A DNA stretch of 64,000 nt. Origin: the human T2T-CHM13v2.0 reference genome, Homo sapiens. How positions within the stretch are numbered: the first letter of the stretch is position 1; every line of letters starts with the position of its first letter. The notes under the pieces are model-generated. The model ran no database searches. It was not told where the DNA came from and saw only the letters and a program-made list of their open reading frames with translations. This document shows positions 54,701 through 64,000 of the stretch, in pieces. The translations under genes and the position numbers were made by a program. The stretch lies in NCBI RefSeq assembly GCF_009914755.1, contig NC_060936.1. One strand, given 5' to 3'.

Positions 54701-57700
54701 ACCAGGGCACTTCAGTTGTCTCATGTTTCCTTCTGTTGAGAGTTCACACTTCGCGTCGGAACTTTTGCGCACCAATGGCGCAATTAGCATGCACAAAAGC
54801 CCTTGTTCGCGACGCTTGCGTTCGCGAGCTAGCTTTAGGAAAACTTGTGCTGACTTTTCGTTCTTTGTATTCCCTTCAAACTCATTTGGACCCAAGTTCG
54901 CCTTAACCCTCCCCTCCCCCAACCCCCCTTCTTTAGGCGGTGTGTGGCATTTGTTTGCCACTTTTAAAGGCCCAGCTCTGTTTGCTCTGATGTTCTTTTA
55001 GCCGAGGCTGTGTTGGGGCTGGTGAACTGACTGGGCTTTAGTGACCGATGAGGTGTTAAATGCTAATCCAACATATTTCGAAACAAACCAGGATTTTGTT
55101 GAAACATTTTAAAGCAAACAAACAAACGTCTGGTTGTGCAGAAAATCAGAAGAAAACCTTTTTTCTTAAAATAACATTTTATTTTCATTAAAACAATGTA
55201 GAGTGCAGAAACAAACTCTTAGGTCAGTCCAGTGCTTTTACTGTATTCCGCTCCGGCGGCGTGGGGAGTTACAAGCCATTGTTCGGGGGAATCTATATCT
55301 CTCCCCCCGCCCCACCACCACCATCGCCTGCTGGGAGGTCGCGCTGGTTAATGATTTCTGGGCAAGGAGCTCGGCTTCTGACGGGGGAGCCGGTCTGGCG
55401 GGGCTGCCTGAGCGAGGTGTGCTGGGACGCGCCGGGCCGGGCCAGCAGTCCCCGCCATGGGCGAGGCGTGAGGAAGTCCTCCCGCAAGACCTGCAGGCTG
55501 CGGGGGCTCGGCAGGGGGGCTCGACGATTGGTTACAGTTGGCAGGGAGGCATGTCAGAGGGGGCCTCCCCAGCCCTCTCCTGCCGCCGCCTCCTCCCTTT
55601 GTCCAGCGCCGGGCACTCCGGGGAGCACCAGCCGCGCCTGCGCGCTGCGCTCCCTGCCACCGCCCCGCCGTCCCCGTCTCCCCGCTTGGGCACGGGGCTG
55701 TGCGCGACGCAGTGGACGGGTGCGGGGCTCAGCGAGGGACTCCCGGGTCCATAGAGATCTGGGGAGGGTGGGGGGAGCAAGGACGAGTGCCTGCCGGGAC
55801 CCCCCTGGCTCCTCGCTCCCAAGGAGTCGAGGGGAACGTCTCTACCGCGCTGCAAAGCCAGCAGGTAACTTTGGGGAGGTGCGGGCCAGGCCAGCGAGCA
55901 GCACTCGGCCCAGGCGCCGCGGGGCGGACGGATTGGAAGCCGGATGGAGGCGTGGCCGGGTGGGGGCCGCGGCGGCGGGGAGGCGCGTTCCCGGCGCGCA
56001 GAGCTCTATTGTTATATAAAAGTGCCGAAGCCTGCCCCTCCCGAGCGGAAAACCACCTGTGTGCGGCCGGCGCGGCGCGAGAGGGATGCAGCCGGAAGGC
56101 GCGGGCCCTAATCCGGCCTTCCCTCCCTAAACCCCGGCGGAAAAGAGGCCGCGCTTTGTCCCACCGCTGCCTGAGAGGCGGAAGCGGGGGCAGCCGTCCG
56201 GCGGGGTGCGGCTTTGGGGAGTGTCCCTTGCTGCGCTTTGCGCCTACCGTGAACACCGCGAGGGCGCCTAAGGTCGCGGGGTCTCCCTTCGCCCGACGCC
56301 CCGCACCCACGGGCATGCCTGCTAACACCCCCGCTGCAATTTGCATTTTTAGTCACCCGCCTCTTCCCTGGTTTGGGAAATGTAGGCTAAAAAAAGGCGG
56401 CTGCGAGGCCTAGGTTGCCAATTTTGGAGCTCTGCTTCAGGCAGGCCGCCCCTGGAGGAGCGTGTTCGACAAAGGTGGGGATTGCCGAGCTCCTCTCCGC
56501 ACCATTTTTGGGCAGTCCTTGGAACAAAACTCGTATATTTCACTGGGTATCTTCTAGTTTCAGCCGGGGGAGGCCTGCGCTGGAGTTGACTCCCCCTGTC
56601 CTCCACGATCTGTCACAGAAGTTCCCACCCCGAGACGTTTCAGTCATTGGGACCTGGGGACAGGGAGGGAAGAGGCAGGATGCCCTTCAGCGGAACTGAG
56701 AAGAGCAAACCTGTTGGAGGTTCAGCACAGGACCTCCAACAGAAGAGAAAGGGAGGGAAGTTGGGTTTCTACTTTGCCTGTTTTAATACGCAGCTACTTG
56801 AGTATGACTATAGATTCGGGAGGATACATCGAAACTGTAGTTTTACCCATGCTTCTGAACTTTATCGCCAAGGGAATGCCAGTGTTTCCTGGCGCATTGA
56901 TTAAAGTGGCGTTCTGACTGCTCAGTACTAGAAATGCTGCGAAAAGGGCTTCTGGAGTGGGACGGCCCTCGTTTGCATTATGTCCCCCGCTTCTTCCTAG
57001 GTAAGCGCCCTTAGTTAAATCATTTAGCCGTTCTAAGTTGCAGTCTTCCACGTCGGCATAACGAAGATAAAACTATCTGCTTCATAGGGTCCCTGTGACG
57101 ACAAAATGGGTACGGTGAAACGTCCTAAAGTGGTGGTGGGGTGCTATTAGCCGTTGGAATTAATTTTTCATTCTGAATTGAGGACCTGTAAAAAGGCCTC
57201 GGCTTGGGGACACGGTTTGGGCATCCCACAGATGCCCCTTGAGGCTCGCTTGACAGCCCGCCTGGACTCGCTCATCTGCAGCAAAGCCCTCTGAGATACT
57301 ACCCTAACCGATTTAATCCGTTCCAATTCAGCTGTCAAGTAAAGGGGGTGTTATCGTAGACCAGGATCAAAAATCCTTTAGCACAGTTATCAGAATGGAC
57401 CCAGCTACATTTCTGATTTCTCCCTACTGGTCACCTTTGGAACACGCTGTTCTCCAGCCACAGCAAACTGATACAACAATGCATATTGGGCACTTAACTG
57501 CATGATGGGTACCGTCTTGTTTCTGTGTTTACTTGCATAATTTCGGACAGTCTTCAGAAAAAACATGTAAATTATCCCATTTACAAAGATTAAAGAATTT
57601 GCCCAAGGGCACACAGTAGCAACAGAGTGTCAAGACGTGAGGCCAAACCCTTTACAGACTCTTAAGGATGCCCACATGCACGGATTACATAGAGTGTTAT

Positions 57701-58617
57701 GGACACTATATTCACCTCCACGTGGTATTCCCTGCCCACATGTGAAGAATTTCAAGGTCAGCATTTTGAATTTTGACCTCCAGGCTTTCTCCAGCCTCAC
57801 GTTTTCTGTTGCATCCTCCATGTCAAAGATCAAAAGCGAGGCTGCTTTCCCTGCTCCTTTTACACACCAGTGGTTTTCTTTGCACGCAACCCTTCATCAG
57901 TCAAACATTCACTAAATGTTGCATATTTTATCTCTCTTAGAATATGCCCTAGATCCTAATCTTCACAAGTGTCATTGGTTATCTAGTGCGTCAGCACAGC
58001 ACATAAGCCTAGGTTCAAACCTCTGTCACTCAGTAGTAGTCTGGGCCTCACTTCATTCATTCATTGATGCATTTATTCTAGATTCCAGGAAAGCAGTAGA
58101 GAATAAACAGACAACAATAACCTGCCTCACTGAAGTTTACATTCTAATGAGGACAGTCCAATTAACAAAACAAATAATTATATATTAGAAAGTGAAAGCG
58201 CTATAGAGAAAAAGCAAGAAAAGGAATTCGGAAGTGTGTAACATTGGGAATATATATTCCTCCCTCAAAGGACTGTGAGGATTAGACACAACTGAGATGA
58301 CACACGAGAAGTGTAGGGCACAAAGTCGGTATTCAGAAGATGATTTTTAAAATATCACCACTTCATTCCTGCATAAGGAATGCTGTTGGTGGTGATATTG
58401 CCATTCCTGTGAGGCACTGAGGAAAAGCTCTCTTAGGAGATAAGGGCTGTAGTAGTTGGAAGAATTACAGGCTTCCTTAATTCCAGAGGCCTCAGTGCCC
58501 TTCAGAGGATATCATTCATATGAAGAGGTCTGTATTTAAAAATTGGAGATAGCAGATCATCTGTGATCCATTCTCATGAGTGCAGAGAAGCACTTTCATA
58601 GATTCTTGTTTCTTCCT

Positions 58618-58618
58618 C

Positions 58619-58653
<35 letters not shown>

Positions 58654-58655
58654 GT
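58618..58655. repeat. (TG)n microsatellite
   Basis: Read directly from sequence. Confidence 0.93.
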
Positions 58656-61120
58656 GCACCGAGCACCTGTGCTTGTGCTTGAATTCCTCCTGGTGTTTCC
58701 CCCTGGAAAGTTCCTTAAAAATTGTTAGTTAAAAAAAAAAAATTTTTAAAGCAGTGTATTTTGGTTATAAAATTTTCTCTAGGCCATTTGAGAAACATTC
58801 CACTTTTGCAGGAATTTTCCTGAGTTTGAGGGCACTTGAGATTTATAAGATGCAAATGGGCTAGCATGACCTTTAATCTTCTTGGAATAATCTCTGTGAA
58901 TACAATGACATTTATTAACACATCATGTGAAAACAGTTAAACAGATTTTCAGCAAATAAGGAGAGTTTTGGAAGTTCTGACTTAAAATGTAAATGCATTT
59001 AGGGGTCCCAGGTAGGCCCTCAAAGTGACAGTGGCTTTCAGTGCAGCTAAAACTTCAAAACTGAATTTAACTGTATTTGAAGGATACACCTGAAATAGTA
59101 TGGCTTAATGTAAAATGTATATGGGTTGCACAAAACTGTCCCTAAGGTCTTCTGATGAGTGCTTTTAAAAGATACCAAGAAGTTGTACCACAACAGTAGC
59201 AACCGAGAAACACAAGAAGCCTAAGGAACTGACAGTAGGTAACATGACTTACAGGCAGTGATAGGCTGTGAGAAAGCCAAAGGGAATTTCAAATAGCCCC
59301 CAATTAAAATTCCATGAGGGCAGCCCCTGGGAATTGCAGATCCAGGTTTGCAATCAAACTGCTTCTCACGTGGAAGCTCCGTGCAGCTTGCCCCATGATG
59401 AGGAGCTGCAAGGGCTTATTGAGCACGGGTTAATGATTTCTCCAAACAATGCGGGGGAAGGGGAAAGGCAGGCTAGGTTAGACCTCAAGGCAGAGGTAGC
59501 TGGACAGCAACACCAGAATCACACCCACAAGCATATCTAGGGGGAGATTGGAGCTTCCCCATGAACGAGATGGCACATTCACGCATTGCCAGGATGATAC
59601 CACCTGAAGAAAAACATGAACTATTGTGAAATTCAGACCTTAGCCAATTTGGCTAAGCTTTTAAAAATTACGGTCTTCGTCAGCTTTCTTGCATTTCTGT
59701 TTCCCGTCATCTGATGAAAGACAAATTAATTTACATTCAGGCTCCTGTAGAGACTTTATCTAGAATTTTTTTAAAAGCTAGACGGTCTCTAGCAAAGAAA
59801 TTCATTAAAAGATAGCAATGTTAATTTTTTATTTCAGATGTTTTAATTCCATGCCTTCCACTGGGAAAATATTCATTGATTCTTCTTCCTTATCCTTTAT
59901 TTTTACAAAGCAGGAAATGTAAAAAGCATATATAAATGTATATATAAGAAACTCATGACGTTGGCATTTCTGCAGTACATTTCTGAGTAAGCGCATTTAC
60001 CTTCTTTTGGAAAGGAGTTGACGGTACCTTGTTTCCCGTTGTACTATTTTGAAAGCCCCAGCGATGATCCTTAGTGGGAAAGTATAGCTTACATTGCCAG
60101 CCAGGTAAGTGAGAGACTATATGTATTCAGCTCTCCAAAACCTTCTCATGTCGTGTCATGAAGCACCACATGTGTGGTGTCGGGCATTATCCATGTTGCA
60201 TCTTCATGTGGAATATTTGCCGTGAGCCTCCCTGTGTGGGCTGTTTCCTCTGGTGACTTTTCTCTCCATCTTGTGTTGCTTTATTTACGCAGGTGTGAGT
60301 AGTACATATAGCTGTTGTGTAAGAGAACTCATTATTTTCCTAAGTGGGTACTATTTCCTGCCACCCTATTTTTGCTTCAGAAATCAGTGGAAGTAACTGT
60401 GTGTGTCCACAATACAGGAATGCTTTAGCTCAGTTTTTCAAACTTTAAGAACTTGCAGATCCCCCAAGAATATATTAATAGAACCCTAGGGAGCCCCAAA
60501 CTCCAGTCTAAACAACACTGCTTAAGGCTGTTGGTGGGTTCATTATAAAAGTTATATCTGGACATATCATGAAATAACAACATAGTGGCTACAACTTATT
60601 CTACACCAACCATTGTACGGGTTAAATCTAACCATTGTGATAACCTTGCAAAACAGGTATACCATTATCACAACTTTAAGGTGGGGAAGCCTGAGCTCTA
60701 ATGTCAGGTAATTTATGCTGGAATCCAAACTTGCATCTCAGTCCCTTCAAAGCTCCTTAGTACATACACACTGCTGCCAACCTGATGAGTGGCCCTGAAT
60801 GAATTCAACCTGGTATACCATGATAGCTTCTACATAATTTGTTACACTTTATCTTGCTAGTCAAGACTAGGACTTGTGGAATCAGCCCAACCTGGATTCT
60901 AATCCTGGCTTACCTACTTTCTGGCCCTATGACTCAGGGAAACCATTTCATCTCCCCATGTCTCAGTTTCCTTATCTGTAAAATGGGAATACTCTATCAC
61001 AGAGCTATTGCAATCAATGATTTATATTTGTAAAGTGGGTAGAAACAGTCCTAGAACAATAACTCATTGATTGCTACCTGTTTTTATTGTTACACACACA
61101 CACACACATATACACACAAT

Positions 61121-61410
61121 TCTTTTTTTTTTCTTTGAGACAGTCTCACTCTGTCACCAGGGTGGAGTGCAGTGGCACGATCTCGGCTCACTACAACTTC
61201 CGCCTACCAGGTTGAAGCAATTCTTGTGCCTCAACCTCTCAAGTAGCTGCAATTACAGACGTGCACTACTATGCCCAGCTAATTTTTGTATTTTTAGTAG
61301 AGACAGGGTTTTGCCACATTGCCCAGGATGGTCTTGAACTCCTGGCCTCAAGTGATCCACCAGCCTTCCAAAGTGCTGGGATTACAGATGTAAGCTACCG
61401 CACCCAACCA
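61121..61410 (-). mobile_element. Older Alu (J/S), preceded by (CA)n
   Basis: Antisense dimer with poly-T. Confidence 0.9.
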
Positions 61411-62253
61411 CAACTCTTAATAAATGTTTATTGACTTTGCTGAAAAGGGATCATATAACAAAAAAACACTATAGTGTTAATTTAGTTCTCAGGAAGAGAA
61501 AAACAATCCATACACATTTTTTGAAAAAAGTTTCAAAGAACAGAATCAACTGCTTTACGGCCCCTCTTAGTTGCTGATATAAGCAACCCAGAAATTGAGG
61601 TTTCTTAATGGGCTGAGATACCTGGATAGTTTGGGGACAGTGAAAACACACTGCGTACCAGGGGTTCCCCATCACTCTAGGACTCACCTGCTGAAGTAGC
61701 AGGCACTTTCCCTGCTCCATCAATGCTGGCTCATAGCTGATCCTATGGACTGCATATTGTGCAAGAGGAGAATTGGAAATCTACTAGCCTGAGCCACATA
61801 GCTGTCGTCTCTCAGTAATCTGGGTTCAAGGCAGCTAATGGAAACACACATTTATATTATGAGTCCTGCATATAAGAAGTCCCATTCTCTGGGAATCTCC
61901 TTTCTCCTTCCGACTTCATGCCCAGCAGGAGCTTTTCAGAATACAAGGAGGGGGAAGAGGGGAGGGTCAGAGCTGAGCATGAGAGCCACTCTTCTGTGAC
62001 TGGAAGGAAACTTCCATTCATGGACAGATGAGAAAGCCTGTGCTAGAAGCCACCTTGTAGAAACATACCCAGGTTTGAGTAAACAGACACCTGCTTAGCA
62101 CAGTTTCCATACTAATTTTTGCACATATATGATTCCAAGATTATTTTTATTAAACATCCGATAAGTATATATCCTTTGGTATAAATCCATCAGGTTTTGC
62201 TGGACCTACCAGAAGTTTTAGATTCCTTACCCAAACCTCCAAAGTGTAAACCT

Positions 62254-62588
<335 letters not shown>

Positions 62589-62659
62589 CTAGGTCATGCC
62601 CCTCCCTAACCAATTTCCCAGGGAAAAAGCCTTTATGATGGGATTTCTCTGTCCTTTTG

Positions 62660-63180
62660 TTATATTTTCTGTATGGTAATTTGCTTTTGTTTTTGGCTTA
62701 ACACAAATTTATTATTTTTCAGTTCTGTACGTCATAAGTCCCAAAGGGGTCTCCCTGGACTAAACTCAAGGTGTCAGCAGGGCTGCTTTTCATTTTGGAG
62801 GCTCTAGGGGAAAACCTGTTTCCCTGATTATTCAGGTTGTTGGCTGAATTTAGTCCTTATGGGTGTAGGACTCTGGTCCCTGTTTGCTTGCTATGTTCCC
62901 AACTTCTAGAGGCCACCTGCATTCCTTTGCATGTGCCTCCTTTCCTGTGTCTTCAAGGCCAACAACAGCAGATCACATGGTTTTCATGCCTCAAATCTCT
63001 GCTGCCTCTTCTACCACTTCTCTCCTCTTCTACGTTTAAGGACTCATGAGGTTACATTGGGCCCACCTAGGTAATCCAGGATAGTCTCCCCATCTCAAGG
63101 TCTTTAAAGTCTCCTTTGCCATGTAAGGTAACATATTCACAGGTTCCAGGCATTAGGGCATAGATATCTGGGAGATCATG
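62660..63180 (-). mobile_element. MLT1 (B/C/D-like) LTR
   Basis: tcaaggtgtcagcagggctg...ggaggctctagggga...ttacattgggcccacctaggtaatccagga...gccatgtaaggtaacatattcacagg. Confidence 0.8.
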
Positions 63181-63879
63181 CTGCCTGCATGTGGTTGTCT
63201 TGAAGAGACAGGTAATTTGTTGGAAAGGGGAATGGGGGAACTTTTTGGAGTGAGGGAAATGTTCTATATCTTGATTAGGGTGGTGGTGGGTATTCAAATG
63301 TTAAATCTTTTAAATTTTAGTTTAACATCTATATTATTGCATTTTCCAACTGTTATATTTTGCTTGTAATTATTTATTTAGAAGCAACTTTGTGTGAGGC
63401 ATTGTATTAAGCACTTTATGTAATCATCTCATGCATTGTTTTCTCCTAGTACTCTGGTGTTATCACATAATAAGTTTACTTTAACCGATTAAGTTTGATG
63501 ATGCAGTGTAGTGACTAGAGTCTTTCAGGTACATATTGTTCCACTTTATGGCTATTTTCCATTTCAATTTAAAGGCCAAGGGGGTTTTCTCATTTACGAG
63601 TTTATTATAAAAGCTATTACAAAGGATACAGATGAAGAGATGTGTAGGGCAAGGCATGTGGGAAGGGGCTTCAGTTTCCATGCCCTTTCCAGGTGCACCA
63701 TACTCCAGGAACCTCCATGAACTCAGCTATCCCAATGCTCTAGTAATTTAAGTAATTCAGTGTAACCAGCTGTAGTACTCTATGCTTTAGGCAGGAATAA
63801 TTAGCTGGCATTTTTTTAATGTGAATCCACTTGATGACCTTTAAAATTTAGTATAAAGGATATTAAAAACAAATTCTTT

Positions 63880-64000
63880 CTTTTTTTTTTTTGGCAGGGG
63901 GACAGAGTCTCACTCTTGTCACCCAGGCTGGAGTGCAATGGCGCAATCTCGGCTCACCGCAACCTCCGCCTCCTGGGTTCGAGTCATTATCCTGCCTCAG
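63880..64000 (-). mobile_element. Alu, cut by the window end
   Basis: Poly-T followed by antisense right arm. Confidence 0.9.

Larger units (their letters stand above)
52740..56660. promoter_or_regulatory. CpG island(s) over DUSP6 exon 2 to upstream region, with an AT-richer gap at ~54950-55230
   Basis: Very high GC and CpG density compared with the CpG-depleted remainder of the window. Confidence 0.92.

Noticed and set aside
55203-56413. Overlapping long ORFs (183, 252, 291 and 205 aa) on both strands
   Set aside because: Arg/Gly/Pro/Ala-rich translations in several frames of a CpG island, where stop codons are rare; no recognisable domain.

Overview
Primate, almost certainly human, genomic DNA. 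It is AT-rich and dense in AluJ/S/Y, L1M, L2, MIR, MaLR/ERV1 LTRs and DNA-transposon fossils. The only supportable protein-coding gene is DUSP6 (MKP-3, ERK-specific dual-specificity phosphatase) on the minus strand. It has three coding exons (53983-53584, 52969-52532, 51505-51198; 1146 nt, 381 aa), all with canonical GT-AG junctions, and lies in and beside a CpG island at about 52.7-56.7 kb. From prior knowledge this is human 12q21.33. The first ~49 kb is intergenic sequence downstream of the gene. I found no convincing new multi-gene system; nearly all other ORFs in the track are repeat or GC-content artefacts. The most notable structures seen directly are: (1) a ~210/245-bp inverted duplication of apparently unique flank copied into an MLT1 LTR (11.2-12.0 kb); (2) a 25-nt templated insertion in one Alu that matches a neighbouring Alu 1.4 kb away; (3) a 35-nt 3'-truncated U2 snRNA retrocopy with target-site duplications (TSDs); (4) a 32-bp minisatellite with a palindromic core; (5) five same-orientation Capicua octamers around the DUSP6 start; (6) a uORF and a weak-M1/strong-M14 start arrangement; (7) a GC-box/CCAAT/TATA core promoter pointing away from DUSP6. 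Repeat subfamily names are assigned by eye from remembered consensus sequences, and repeat boundaries are approximate.
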